Shown here in pieces: positions 10,409 to 20,238 of a stretch of DNA of 62,335 bases. How positions within the stretch are numbered: the stretch's first letter is position 1; each line of letters opens with the position of its first letter. Both the position numbers and the translations under genes were made by a program. This stretch comes from a virus (taxonomy: Duplodnaviria; Caudoviricetes), in the IMG/VR virus record IMGVR_UViG_3300032770_000023, positions 1 through 62,335 of that record; one strand, given 5' to 3'. The notes beneath the pieces are model-generated. The model saw only the letters and a list, made by a program, of their open reading frames with translations. It was not told the DNA's origin and searched no databases.

Positions 10409-11266
10409 TTATGCTCCCATTCCTAAATCAGTAGGAGTCAGAGGAACTTGAGGAACGTTGAGCCAGTCTTGACCGAGATTCGATGCTTGATTTCCGTTCA
10501 AGATGCTGTTCAGCAATGCGTATTGACTGAGACTGTTCACTCCGCCCGTCAAAGCATTCGCTGCTCCCACGTATCCAGACGCCTGAGCTGTTCCGAGATT
10601 CGTGATGTCTTGACCGACCCGAGCGCCGGAAGTCAGATCGATGTTTGCCGTGTTTCCTGCTACTGCTTGACCTTCCGATCCTAATTGTGCCGCAGTCGTC
10701 TGTCCGAGTCCAGCCATGTTAGCTAGTCGGTTATACTCGTTCGCCTGATTGTTCGCCCAGACGTTGTAATTCGTGTTGTAGGTGTTCAGCGCTCGGTTGT
10801 AAGCGTCGTTGTAGTACGTTCCCGCGAGTCCAGTGTTGTACTTGCTCGCCGCAGTCAGGGTGTTTCCACTGAATACGTTACCCGTAGCTGCTGCCGCTTG
10901 CTCGATTCCGAGTTGTCCTTGCTGCTCTTGGAATTGATAGCCTGGCTCAGACGATACATCAGCAGGATTGGGAGCAGTGAACGTCTGTCCGTAAGGACTG
11001 AGCAGACCTTTTCCGGGAGTCGAAGTCAACTGAGAGAGCGTGTTGATACCCTTTGTTCCGGCCTTTAGGAATGGTGCTTCGTTCGCCTGCTGCTGTTGCC
11101 ATTCCTGCTGTTGAACGTCTAACGCTCTCTGTTGATCGGACTCTTGAATCTGAGCCGCTTGCTTAGCTGCGCTCGATTGCTTGCTCGAAGCTAAAACAGA
11201 CGCTCCAGCTCCGATTCCTGCTGCTGCTACAGTTCCGATTGCTATCGCTGTGCCTACGCCTGACAT
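10409..11266 (-). CDS. DNA transfer (pilot) protein, P22 gp7-like
   Basis: N-terminal hydrophobic Gly/Ala stretch, Gln-rich region, and PGYQF..QG motif typical of this family. Confidence 0.65.
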   Translation of the reverse strand: MSGVGTAIAIGTVAAAGIGAGASVLASSKQSSAAKQAAQIQESDQQRALDVQQQEWQQQQANEAPFLKAGTKGINTLSQLTSTPGKGLLSPYGQTFTAPNPADVSSEPGYQFQEQQGQLGIEQAAAATGNVFSGNTLTAASKYNTGLAGTYYNDAYNRALNTYNTNYNVWANNQANEYNRLANMAGLGQTTAAQLGSEGQAVAGNTANIDLTSGARVGQDITNLGTAQASGYVGAANALTGGVNSLSQYALLNSILNGNQASNLGQDWLNVPQVPLTPTDLGMGA

Positions 11267-11712
11267 GAGGCTCCTGTCACTACGTTTTCCGTCTGACGAG
11301 ACAGCAACAACTCTGATTCATCCGTAAATTCTCGCTCTGCTTCCTCAACACTCTTCGCATCCGAAGGAAACAGCATCGTGATCTGTACGGGAGACTCCGT
11401 GACGTAGATCATCTTCCGACCTGCACTCGCAGGAATCACGTTGTATCCGCTGATCTCCAGCCATTCGCCATTCCATACTTTGCAAGCGCCTTGGATAACG
11501 ACAATAGTCGGAATCTTGATCAAGACACTCGTGAACATGACTCCCGCAGAGACTTTGATCGTTCTCGCGTACATTCCTGCGTGAAAGACATGCTCAGTTA
11601 CCAAATCAATCTGAGGAAACGTCCGCGCCTTCTCTTCGTAGCGCTCGATCCTCTCGATCACTTCTGAATTCACAGCGGGAATCGACGCTTCTCTGATGAC
11701 GAGATCGCTCAC
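11254..11712 (-). CDS. Hypothetical protein, cupin-like
   Basis: HVFHAGMYARTI motif; likely GTG start overlaps the upstream stop. Confidence 0.5.
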   Translation of the reverse strand: MSDLVIREASIPAVNSEVIERIERYEEKARTFPQIDLVTEHVFHAGMYARTIKVSAGVMFTSVLIKIPTIVVIQGACKVWNGEWLEISGYNVIPASAGRKMIYVTESPVQITMLFPSDAKSVEEAEREFTDESELLLSRQTENVVTGASCQA

Positions 11713-12161
11713 AGGCTCCTCAGAAACACACTGTTCGTGCGCTCGTAATTCGATGCCCGAGTAAGCATCTTTTCCAAAGCGCTGCCGAATCTCGCATTGT
11801 AGAGCATCGCTGAACACCCGCGCTCTTTTGCGAATTGCTCAATCTCTTTCATCAGTTCAAGTCCGAATCCACCCATCCTGTGACTTTTTGCTAAGAACAT
11901 ACTTTCAACGTTCGCAACTTTCTTCCCGTAGTGAGGAAGTGTGAACAGCAAGATGCTCGCGAATCCGACGAGCTTTTCCTCTTCGAAGACTCCGAACGAA
12001 TGCATCAAACCCGTCGATTGCATGTGAGCGTAAATCTCTCTCTGAGGGCAGATGACTCCGATCTCTGGAATCGAACACTCATCCGCGTACTCTTTCAGCA
12101 AGTCTTCTGCGTCCAGAATGTCCGTACACGAAACCCGCTTGATTACGAGATCAGCAACCAA
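11709..12161 (-). CDS. GNAT-family acetyltransferase
   Basis: LVGFA...FLAKSHRMGGFGLELM acetyl-CoA motif A, followed by AKERGC. Confidence 0.75.
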   Translation of the reverse strand: MVADLVIKRVSCTDILDAEDLLKEYADECSIPEIGVICPQREIYAHMQSTGLMHSFGVFEEEKLVGFASILLFTLPHYGKKVANVESMFLAKSHRMGGFGLELMKEIEQFAKERGCSAMLYNARFGSALEKMLTRASNYERTNSVFLRSL

Positions 12162-12487
12162 TTCGTTCCATCCGATTGAATCGAGAATCTGTCGAACTGA
12201 GCCGTCAAAGTCTGAGCGCCGTTCAACACGCCGTTGAGCGTGAACGTGTTCCCATCAGCAGAAGTCTTCACGTAGTTGATCACTGTTCCCTGAGCCGAAT
12301 ACCCTGTCGTAGCGTTCAAGCCAGCGGGAGGAACGTTTTCCGCGTAAGAACCTCCCGAAGTATCGACTTCCTTCAACTGAATCATCGTCTGAACAGTCTG
12401 AAGCCATCCCCCGATGGGAGATGTCACATCGATCTGATCATCGACGATGAACGGACAGGGAACGAGAGAGAACGTGTCTGTTGGCAT
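12143..12487 (-). CDS. Hypothetical virion protein
   Basis: 114 aa beta-rich ORF coupled to the gp10-like gene; ends ...QSDGTNW, a fibre-like motif. Confidence 0.5.
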   Translation of the reverse strand: MPTDTFSLVPCPFIVDDQIDVTSPIGGWLQTVQTMIQLKEVDTSGGSYAENVPPAGLNATTGYSAQGTVINYVKTSADGNTFTLNGVLNGAQTLTAQFDRFSIQSDGTNWLLIS

Positions 12488-14016
12488 TACGACACTTTCC
12501 TCATCTGATCGCTCAACCTCTCGGAAGGTTGATAATCTGTCCCGCCGTATACGAATCCGTCAGCAATCGCAGCAGGAATAGGATCGCTCAACACGATCTC
12601 CCACAGCCTGTTTCTGCCTCTACCCAGCATCGTCTTTCTGACTAACTTTCCGAACTCTCCCGGAAATCTCAGCGAGAGTATTCTGTCGTTCGACCAAGTC
12701 CTTCCGCCGTCGTTCGACCACCTTAGAATCATCTGTACCGGACGCGATACACCGTTTCCATCAAGAAGCGGAGCAGTCCCGTACACAGCCGTCCACATAG
12801 CGATGTCATCAGCCGTCGGCGAAAGTCCTGTCTCTATGTCAAAACGCGCCTCCGAAAAGTAAATCCACTCGTTCTCTTTCGAGATCGTCGGCGAGCGTCT
12901 AGTTCTGACGATCATATGTCCATCGTCCGTGTTGTATTTCGAAGACTGTTCGTAAATCTTTCCGCTTGCCCAGTCGCCTACAAGATGCTTCCCGAAACAG
13001 TAAGCGTGACAAGTTGCGCGTTCTGCCTGTCGGATTCCGAAGTTTTCGTTGAAACTCGAACGTTGATGCCATAAACCGGAAGCAACGTCATAACCCCACG
13101 TTTCGTTCTGAGCGACGAATCTCAGCATCCAGTACGTGTGTCCGTTCTCCTGATACGTCCAGCCGATTGCGTCTGAAGGCGTCGTGTAGCTCTGCCAAGC
13201 AAGTTCTGTCGCGTGAGTCGAGACTCTTTCTCCCGTCGCCCCGCTCAAACGTCTCGCAACGAACGCTCCGCGCTCGTCTTCGTCCAGCCAAAACAACGTG
13301 TTGTCTAACTTCGTCGTCGCAAACGTTGCTCCCGCTCCGTCTTCGCCCAAGGCGTTTGAGATCGGAATGAAGACAGGAAACCCTGCTCCGGCGTTGTAAT
13401 AGACGGCAAACTTTTTCAATGAATAGAAAACTGGATTCCTTCCCGATACTCCCATCGATGTGAAGTTGTCGGGGAACAGAGAGATCGTCGCGATGTTCAA
13501 ACCGTCCCATGTAGTTCCGTCCTCCAAGTTAGATTGCTGAAACGTGTGCGAGTTTTGAATCGTCGCGAGAAAGTATCCGTCACAGAATTCGATCTGCTGA
13601 ACTGGTCCGTTGAACTGCGCCATGTTGACAGCAGTCAGAATGTTCGTCGCGAGCGTGAAAATAAACAGATCGCCGTTCGACAGGATAAGAAGTTGCGTCT
13701 CGTTCGCCCGGATCATCGGTTTAGACAAAGGTTGTCCGTTCAGAGCACCTCTATCTGTGACGTTGCCTGCTGCGTCGATCTCGTAAAAATGAGATGCAGC
13801 AGCAAACATTCTTCCGTTCAGCGTGAAATCTTCCGGAACCGAAGTCTCGTTCACCAAGTCAGCGAACTCTTTTCTTCCCGGAGCCGAAAACATGCCCATC
13901 GTCGTCTTGGCATTCTGCGAACCACTGATCTCGCAGATCCAGTTGTCCGCAATCTCGTCATCGAAGTTCTGAGAGATAGCCTTGTACGACGGACCGCATA
14001 ATCCGTAACGCGCCAT
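12487..14016 (-). CDS. Packaged DNA stabilisation/tail hub protein, P22 gp10-like
   Basis: 509 aa; DGYF, TWGYDVASGLWH, LVGD..SGKIY and LRWSNDGGRTWS motifs. Confidence 0.8.
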   Translation of the reverse strand: MARYGLCGPSYKAISQNFDDEIADNWICEISGSQNAKTTMGMFSAPGRKEFADLVNETSVPEDFTLNGRMFAAASHFYEIDAAGNVTDRGALNGQPLSKPMIRANETQLLILSNGDLFIFTLATNILTAVNMAQFNGPVQQIEFCDGYFLATIQNSHTFQQSNLEDGTTWDGLNIATISLFPDNFTSMGVSGRNPVFYSLKKFAVYYNAGAGFPVFIPISNALGEDGAGATFATTKLDNTLFWLDEDERGAFVARRLSGATGERVSTHATELAWQSYTTPSDAIGWTYQENGHTYWMLRFVAQNETWGYDVASGLWHQRSSFNENFGIRQAERATCHAYCFGKHLVGDWASGKIYEQSSKYNTDDGHMIVRTRRSPTISKENEWIYFSEARFDIETGLSPTADDIAMWTAVYGTAPLLDGNGVSRPVQMILRWSNDGGRTWSNDRILSLRFPGEFGKLVRKTMLGRGRNRLWEIVLSDPIPAAIADGFVYGGTDYQPSERLSDQMRKVS

Positions 14017-14020
14017 TTTT

Positions 14021-14221
14021 CTACTCGGGTAGAAACTTCAAGTTCGTCAGTTGAGAGAGCGCAGGAACGATGTACTTGTCGTTGAACTGCTTTTCAGTCA
14101 GCGTCCCTACAGCATCCGCTCTGTCAACCTTCACTGCGATCCAGACAGCAGCCTTTTTCGAGTCGTTTTTCTCTTTTGGATCGTGAATCCTGATCGTAAG
14201 GATGTAAGAATCGTCTGCCAT
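14021..14221 (-). CDS. Hypothetical protein
   Basis: 66 aa ORF with RBS, packed between neighbours; stop lies inside the dispersed hairpin motif. Confidence 0.55.
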   Translation of the reverse strand: MADDSYILTIRIHDPKEKNDSKKAAVWIAVKVDRADAVGTLTEKQFNDKYIVPALSQLTNLKFLPE

Positions 14222-14239
14222 TCGCTGCCTTTTCGTTTC

Positions 14240-14557
14240 CTAGCGACTTTTTACGACGGGATGACGGTTAGCTTCGGTATAAGCGACTCCCCACGTGTGG
14301 GCCGCTGTGCTGCTGTACATCCACGCGTCTGCGAGACGTTCGTGATGCTTGTGCCGCGCTAACTCGTACATTCCTACCGTCAGTCCGAATTTCGCCCCTT
14401 GTGCTACAGCCAACCACGCTGTTCCGTGAACGAATGGACGCTCCAACGGATTGACTTCAGGAGCAGTCCACGCACGAGTGTTGATCCGCTGATTCGTGAA
14501 ATACGCATCCGCTCCGTGACTGGCGCCCAACGCGAGAATCAGGATCAAGGTTTTCAT
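14240..14557 (-). CDS. Small membrane/secreted protein
   Basis: MKTLILILALGASHGADA N-terminus plus further hydrophobic segments. Confidence 0.5.
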   Translation of the reverse strand: MKTLILILALGASHGADAYFTNQRINTRAWTAPEVNPLERPFVHGTAWLAVAQGAKFGLTVGMYELARHKHHERLADAWMYSSTAAHTWGVAYTEANRHPVVKSR

Positions 14558-14651
14558 TGATAGTAAGTAAGTACCGCTAATATCGCGAGGACCACGGCTA
14601 CAGCAGCTGCTAACAGCAGCCAAAACGTTGCTCTGTCTTCAGGATTCAATC

Positions 14652-15455
14652 TCATCCCCACGTCCGGCTCTTGTAGTTGAATGTCGTCTCTTTGTGCGAC
14701 TCTCGTCCGCCCGGAACACCAGAATCCCGAGTAGACATCCTCGGAACTTGTGTGTTCAAACCGAACACAGCCGCTCTCGCGTTCGCTGCATTTCTCAGCA
14801 GAACAGGATGAGCCGCTTTCTCTGATCCCGGAAGCGCATCCTCAGCCAACGAAAGCATCATCGCGTTCCGATAACCCGGAGGAACCGTGTTGACGGTCTG
14901 ATTCGGTCCGCCTATCGGATCAGTGATCGAAACAAACTGATTGATCGTCGTCCAGCATTCGAGACGCGCTCCGTATGCTGAATTAGGAATCGGCCAGAAG
15001 TAAATCGAGCCGTTCGGAAAGTCTGGCGAGTAAAAGAAATCCGTGGGCTGCTGAGACGGTAGCAGTTTGATCGACTGATCCATCCACCAAGCTCTGTCTC
15101 TTGGTTGCAAAGGAACTTCGACTTGCGGCGTCACATTGTTCAGAATGATGTTCGCCTTCGGAATCCGCGTCGGTCTCTGAGTGACAGAGAACGTCGCTCC
15201 CGCTCCCGGACCAATCGTGTGAGGAGAGAGATTCGGAACAAGTGTGTAAGTGTTGAACGTATACGCCCAAACAAAGTTCTGTCTCGTTGCCCAAGTGTCG
15301 AGCAAGAAATTCAACTTCCTGAGCAGCCACTGGCCTACATCCGGTTCGAGTTCATCGCCGGGAGACGTGATTCCGATCTCTATCGCGGCATCGAGACATA
15401 TGTCTCCGACCGTATAGCCTAGTGGCTGTTCAGAACCGGGAGGAACTATCGGCAT
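14652..15455 (-). CDS. Head-tail adaptor, P22 gp4-like
   Basis: TVGDICLDAAIEIG...LNFLLDTW and PPGYRNAMMLSLA patterns; synteny. Confidence 0.7.
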   Translation of the reverse strand: MPIVPPGSEQPLGYTVGDICLDAAIEIGITSPGDELEPDVGQWLLRKLNFLLDTWATRQNFVWAYTFNTYTLVPNLSPHTIGPGAGATFSVTQRPTRIPKANIILNNVTPQVEVPLQPRDRAWWMDQSIKLLPSQQPTDFFYSPDFPNGSIYFWPIPNSAYGARLECWTTINQFVSITDPIGGPNQTVNTVPPGYRNAMMLSLAEDALPGSEKAAHPVLLRNAANARAAVFGLNTQVPRMSTRDSGVPGGRESHKETTFNYKSRTWG

Positions 15456-15842
15456 TTACTGTCCGCTGTCCGAGATCGCGAGCACGACGCTGCCGCTTCC
15501 AGCGACCGTCGGCGTTCCTGTGACGTTAAGATTTCCGTCAGCACCGATTGAAACACTGACGCCATCCGGCAACTGATTCGGACTCGAAGAATCAACCGCT
15601 ACGGAATACGGAGCAGTTCCACCGCTGATGAGATCGAGTCCAGAAGTTACGTTCAGAGCTTGACCTACTTGTCCTGCGACTGATCCAGAAGTTGCAGATT
15701 CTGTGAAAGGTTGAGGGGCTGGCGAGATGTTGAGCGTGAGTGTGAATTGAAGTGTTGCCACGAATGATTCTCCTTCTTTGATTTTCTCGACTAAGCAACG
15801 CAGAAGACGTTCGAAAAGATGCTCTATTTCTTCGTGCCCCAT
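15456..15842 (-). CDS. Small protein with putative Ig-like domain
   Basis: SGGTAPYS...LPDGVSV...TGTPTVAG pattern of putative-Ig repeats. Confidence 0.55.
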   Translation of the reverse strand: MGHEEIEHLFERLLRCLVEKIKEGESFVATLQFTLTLNISPAPQPFTESATSGSVAGQVGQALNVTSGLDLISGGTAPYSVAVDSSSPNQLPDGVSVSIGADGNLNVTGTPTVAGSGSVVLAISDSGQ

Positions 15843-16577
15843 GAAGCCTTCTGTTTCTTGCCGTTCTCTTTCTCCGGCTCAGGTTCGGCTTTCGCTTCGA
15901 CTGGCTCCGCTGCCTTCTGGGATAGCAGAAAAGCCTCTTCCTCTTCCTTCGAGTTCACGATCTTGTAAATCGGATTGTCTCGGTTGTCGCGCCCGATCTC
16001 GACTCCCGTGTTCTTGGGATACGCTTGATGTTCGTAAGCGCTCCCCGTGATGTGCTCGTGCTTCAGTTCTTTAACGTTTCCGTTTTGCATTGCTGTCTCC
16101 CTCTGCGATTCCAGACGAAGTGAACTTTGACGCTATTTCAGGATTCGTCAACGGATCGAGTGTTCCCTGAACTCCAGCGTTTTCAAGAATCAGTTCCTGA
16201 ATTCGCTTGTGAGCCTCTTGAGCAGTCACGTATCCCTGAGACTCGGCGAGTTTCAGTTCCTCTTCCGTGTTTACGATCACGGTCGCGGGAGTCGAAGCAG
16301 GAAGCGGCATCGGCGGAAGAGTCGGATTCGCTGCGTTCCTCCGCATGATCCCGTTGCGCTCAGCTTCGATCTTCGGATCGTTGTGCGCCCGGTGATACAA
16401 GACTTTCGGGAAAGACTGGTGACGGTACTGCTTCCAGTTCGGAGAGCGCTCCGGATGATGAATGTCGAACGAGTCATCTGACTGCTTGATGATCTGGTTC
16501 TGTGTCTCGCTCAGAAGTTCGAGCAAAGCACGCTTTTTTTGCTGAAGGTCTTGGAAATCAGTTGGTGTACTAGCCAT
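15824..16577 (-). CDS. Two hypothetical head-module proteins (16071-16577, 15824-16090)
   Basis: Overlapping, RBS-bearing ORFs that share a YxHQxF/YPK motif. Confidence 0.55.
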
Positions 16578-16836
16578 TTGTCATCTCCTATCGGAAAAGT
16601 GCCATGAGAATCAAATCGAGCAGAAGGAGGCCGCCGACGATTCCTGCGGCGATCCCTGTTGCTACAGCCGACGCGATGAATGCCCACTCTTTCATGAAAG
16701 AAGGGCGAAGCCTCCCCAGACTCCGCCCTTACCCTGTTTACGCGCCTCTGAAAACTATTGCTGTATAGGTTTGAGAGGTCAAATCTCCGGTTTCGTACTG
16801 CTCAACACTCATAAACTTTTCTCCTAACTATTGAGT

Positions 16837-16870
16837 AGTGGGATCGTTCTTATGACAGAACCATCCCACT
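16837..16870 (-). terminator. Strong hairpin downstream of the capsid/decoration genes
   Basis: TAGTGGGAT...ATCCCACTA stem with an inner TTCT/AGAA extension, a few nt after the stop at 16878; no clear U tract. Confidence 0.45.
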
Positions 16871-16877
16871 AGACAGT

Positions 16878-17762
16878 TTAAAGCGAGTAAATGCCTACCG
16901 ATGCGCGGATATTAGCTCCGGAATCGCTAGTGGCCGTTACCCACCGGAATGTGATGACATCGCCAGCGGCTACGGAAACTCCGTGAGCGAGGTCCGAACA
17001 AGAAGTTCCGGAGGCAGCAATCGTACAAGTAATTGCTGTCGCCGATCCGTTTTTCATTACAGTAAGTACGTCTTTAGACGAACCCCCTGTAACTGCGGTT
17101 CCGGCAGATACTCGCAGATTCGCGAGTTCTCCCGAAATTGGCACAACAAACCCGAAGGTTGCTGTCGTAGCCGAACCACAAGCTGCTCCGTTCAAATACT
17201 CGGTTTCAGCCGAACCTAAATTTCCCGTACAGAAACTTGATGCTGTTGCGTGAGCCGCAGTCCACTGTGAGCCGATGCCGCTGTTGAACCAATTCCCATC
17301 AGAGTAGCATTCAAATCTCTTGCCGTCCGACAGATTGATCCACGGAAGCACGTAAGCGAGTCCCGAAGACGCCGTACAAGTACCAGCAACATCGTAATTC
17401 TGGTACAAGTTCGGGCGTCCGACGTAGACCGTAGCTCCGGAAGCATGAAGCTCAGCCTTCGTCCCATGTGTTCCACGGGTCACTTGCATGTACGTCCCGT
17501 TGACTGAGTTCGTCACAACGTCCATCGCTTCAGTGTCAACATACAGAGTCGTCTGAACTGAAACAGTGGCCGTCACGTTCGAAGCCGAAGCCAACACGAC
17601 GCCTGTCGAAGACGTGGAGCTGATCGCAGCCGACAACGTGGTTGTAGTGAGTGATTGAGAGCCTTGAGACTGAGCGCTCACCGTGCGAGGCAAGTAGCTC
17701 AGAACGGCAAGAGACAGCGTCAAGACGCAAGCGAGAGAGAGAGCAAGTTTGAAGTTTTTCAT
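16878..17762 (-). CDS. Putative capsid decoration/head fibre protein with signal peptide
   Basis: Immediately follows the coat gene; MKNFKLALSLACVLTLSLAVL...VSAQ; TTTLSAAI and VTRGTHGTKA motifs. Confidence 0.6.
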   Translation of the reverse strand: MKNFKLALSLACVLTLSLAVLSYLPRTVSAQSQGSQSLTTTTLSAAISSTSSTGVVLASASNVTATVSVQTTLYVDTEAMDVVTNSVNGTYMQVTRGTHGTKAELHASGATVYVGRPNLYQNYDVAGTCTASSGLAYVLPWINLSDGKRFECYSDGNWFNSGIGSQWTAAHATASSFCTGNLGSAETEYLNGAACGSATTATFGFVVPISGELANLRVSAGTAVTGGSSKDVLTVMKNGSATAITCTIAASGTSCSDLAHGVSVAAGDVITFRWVTATSDSGANIRASVGIYSL

Positions 17763-17782
17763 GGTTGTTTTTTGTCCTCTCA

Positions 17783-19018
17783 TTAGCTGCACAAGACGCG
17801 CACGGCGCAGTTGTCTGGGTAAAGCGGGCCGAATCCCATCAGGACATCAGCACGTGTCACCTTTTTGCGCTCGATTGGATCGAACATCTCAAGCAATGCG
17901 ATTGAGATGCCCGTGTCAGGATCAGTAGCCCGCGCAGACCACTCGCAAGCCTTCGGAATTTCGAGAGGAACGCCGACCATCGCGTAAGCATCTTTCGTCA
18001 GCGCAAGGCCGTTCATTCCCGATGCTCCTGATGGCGAAGCAGTTCCGGGATAGAACGTCAGTGCAGAACCATCGGCTGCAAGCGTCGACACGTTCTGATA
18101 CTGCGAACCGGGGCCGAAGATCGCAGGCGAGATGTTGATCGTGTCAGCACCACCAGTCAGTGTGAAGTCCTGAGTGACGACGAACTGCTTCAACGTGTTC
18201 GAAATGTTGTTGCGGTTCATCGGGTTCACAGCGTAGACGGTAGCGATGTTGAACACGTCGCCAGCTTTCAGAGTGTCAGCAGCGGTTCCAGTGATGATCA
18301 ACTGAGAGCCTTGCTGATTCGCGCCCGTGACAGTGACAGAGTGTGAAGCCGCGGTTCCGGCAGTCAGACGCTGCAAGTTCACGGACTCGTACCAATCGAA
18401 GCCGCTCATCTTTCCCATCGAGCCTTGCTTGTACTGCTTCGAAATCTCGCTCGTGGGATTGAAGAACGACGCGATTGCCGGGATCAGGGAAGTTCCTACA
18501 GCCGGAGGATAGAGCATGCCCCAATCCCCGTTCTGCGGTGCTCCCTGCTCGATCAAGCGTTGACGCGCTTGCTGAAACGTAGTCATCGACGCGGGATCGA
18601 CGCCCAACTGTCCGACGATGTTCGAAGTGTTCAAGGTTGCGAAGTTCGCGAAACGGGTGTCGATCTCGTTCGCCAACTGAGCCATCAGTTTGTCGATGTA
18701 CTCTTCCTTGAACCACTCGCGACCACGTTCCATCTTCAGTGCTCGCTCTACAGAGTCCACTTGGAAGTGGATGCCGAACACTTGATTGCAAGTGACGGTC
18801 GTGTAGATGCGGTTGATAGGCTGCGGTTGGAATGCCAAGCCATTCGTCACCAACCAGCGCTGAGGAAGTTTCACGCGCACTGTTTCGCCGACGGCGAACT
18901 CGCGGTCAAACTCCTTCTCGTATTTGTGAGTAGCGAACTGCGCACAGACCAAGTTGTTCAACAACATACGCAGTGACTCGGCTGCTACCCAGTCTACAAA
19001 TTGAAAAACGTTTGCCAT
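17783..19018 (-). CDS. Major capsid protein, P22 coat (gp5) family
   Basis: 411 aa; MAN.F, GETVRVKLP, LKAGDVFNIA.VYAVNP, ISPAI and TRADVLMG motifs. Confidence 0.88.
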   Translation of the reverse strand: MANVFQFVDWVAAESLRMLLNNLVCAQFATHKYEKEFDREFAVGETVRVKLPQRWLVTNGLAFQPQPINRIYTTVTCNQVFGIHFQVDSVERALKMERGREWFKEEYIDKLMAQLANEIDTRFANFATLNTSNIVGQLGVDPASMTTFQQARQRLIEQGAPQNGDWGMLYPPAVGTSLIPAIASFFNPTSEISKQYKQGSMGKMSGFDWYESVNLQRLTAGTAASHSVTVTGANQQGSQLIITGTAADTLKAGDVFNIATVYAVNPMNRNNISNTLKQFVVTQDFTLTGGADTINISPAIFGPGSQYQNVSTLAADGSALTFYPGTASPSGASGMNGLALTKDAYAMVGVPLEIPKACEWSARATDPDTGISIALLEMFDPIERKKVTRADVLMGFGPLYPDNCAVRVLCS

Positions 19019-19044
19019 CGCTCAGATTCCTCTGCGAAAGCCGC

Positions 19045-20211
19045 CTATGCCCCACGAGAGGCGCGGAACTTGCGAGCATCGCGCTCGTTCTGTATCCGCA
19101 TGTATTCGGCGACGTTCTTGCTTTCGAGTGCCGCTTCAGCGTCATCTCGGGAAGCAGAGCGTCTCGCGCTCACTTCCGTGACTGGCTTCGGGAGCACTAC
19201 GGGTTCTTTTTTCGCAGCAGGCTCAGACTTCTTTTCTTCGTCAGGCGAGAGGGTCAATTCGATGTGTGTCAGCTTTCTGAAGATTTGAGCAGGAGTCATC
19301 GGATTTCCTACACGCTCGAAGTTGTAGGTTCCGTCAGCATTCTTTGTCGTCGCTTTGAGTCCCGTCATCTCAGTCAAGACTTCAGGGTTTGATCCGAGAT
19401 AGTAAGCAATCTCAGCCCCTTGATCGCTGTCGAAGATGAACGACTCGATTGGAGAACCCTTGAATATCGGTAACTTAGGGTTCTGCGCGACTTCTTTCCA
19501 ATCAGAATGCTTTTTCGCTGACTCTTTCACGCGCTCGCTGAATTTCTCGATGACGACTTTCTCGGCTTCGGCGAGTTCCCGCGCCTTCTGAGTCTTGGTG
19601 TCTTCATCTGTCCGACTCTTTTTTGCTTGTTCGTCGCGCCATGCATCGCGTTCGTCTTCGTACTTTGCGACAGCGTCGTCGAACTCACCGAGAGTCTTGT
19701 ATTTGAATTCACCAGCCTCATTCTTGTCGTCCATCTTTGGGCGGACTGGCTTCTTCGTCTCCGCAGCCGTCTGCGATTCGGCTTTCTGCTCAGCAGGCTT
19801 CTTCTCTCCCCGGAGTGATGCCAGTTCCTCTTCCAGCTTTTGTGCGCGTTCCCGTTCTTGTCTCAGATAGCCGAACAGTTCCTCGAACCGCTCGTCTGTC
19901 CTTGAAGTCTTTCCCTTCTGCGGTTTATCGGTTGCCGAATCCGATGCGGTTGCAGGCTTGGTTTTCTTTTCGACGTGAGCCGATGCGTCGTCCTTCGTTT
20001 CAGACTCAGTTGCTTCGGTTTTCTTTTCGTCTTTCTCTGCGGTCTGCGAAGCCGCTTTCTCAGCAGAAACTTTTCTCTCCGACTCAGTCGGGGGAAGATC
20101 ACCCTTCGAGCGCCAAGCGGATAGTTCCTCGCCAGTCGCTCCGTTCAGTCTGTCTTGCACTGAAATTTCAGTGTCAAGATTGTCGTTCGGTACTGTAGTC
20201 GGCGTTCCCAC
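19045..20211 (-). CDS. Scaffolding protein
   Basis: Highly charged helical protein between portal and coat; GAEIAYYLGSNPE motif. Confidence 0.75.
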   Translation of the reverse strand: MGTPTTVPNDNLDTEISVQDRLNGATGEELSAWRSKGDLPPTESERKVSAEKAASQTAEKDEKKTEATESETKDDASAHVEKKTKPATASDSATDKPQKGKTSRTDERFEELFGYLRQERERAQKLEEELASLRGEKKPAEQKAESQTAAETKKPVRPKMDDKNEAGEFKYKTLGEFDDAVAKYEDERDAWRDEQAKKSRTDEDTKTQKARELAEAEKVVIEKFSERVKESAKKHSDWKEVAQNPKLPIFKGSPIESFIFDSDQGAEIAYYLGSNPEVLTEMTGLKATTKNADGTYNFERVGNPMTPAQIFRKLTHIELTLSPDEEKKSEPAAKKEPVVLPKPVTEVSARRSASRDDAEAALESKNVAEYMRIQNERDARKFRASRGA

Positions 20212-20238
20212 GTTTTCACCTCTCAGTTTTGAGTTTTT

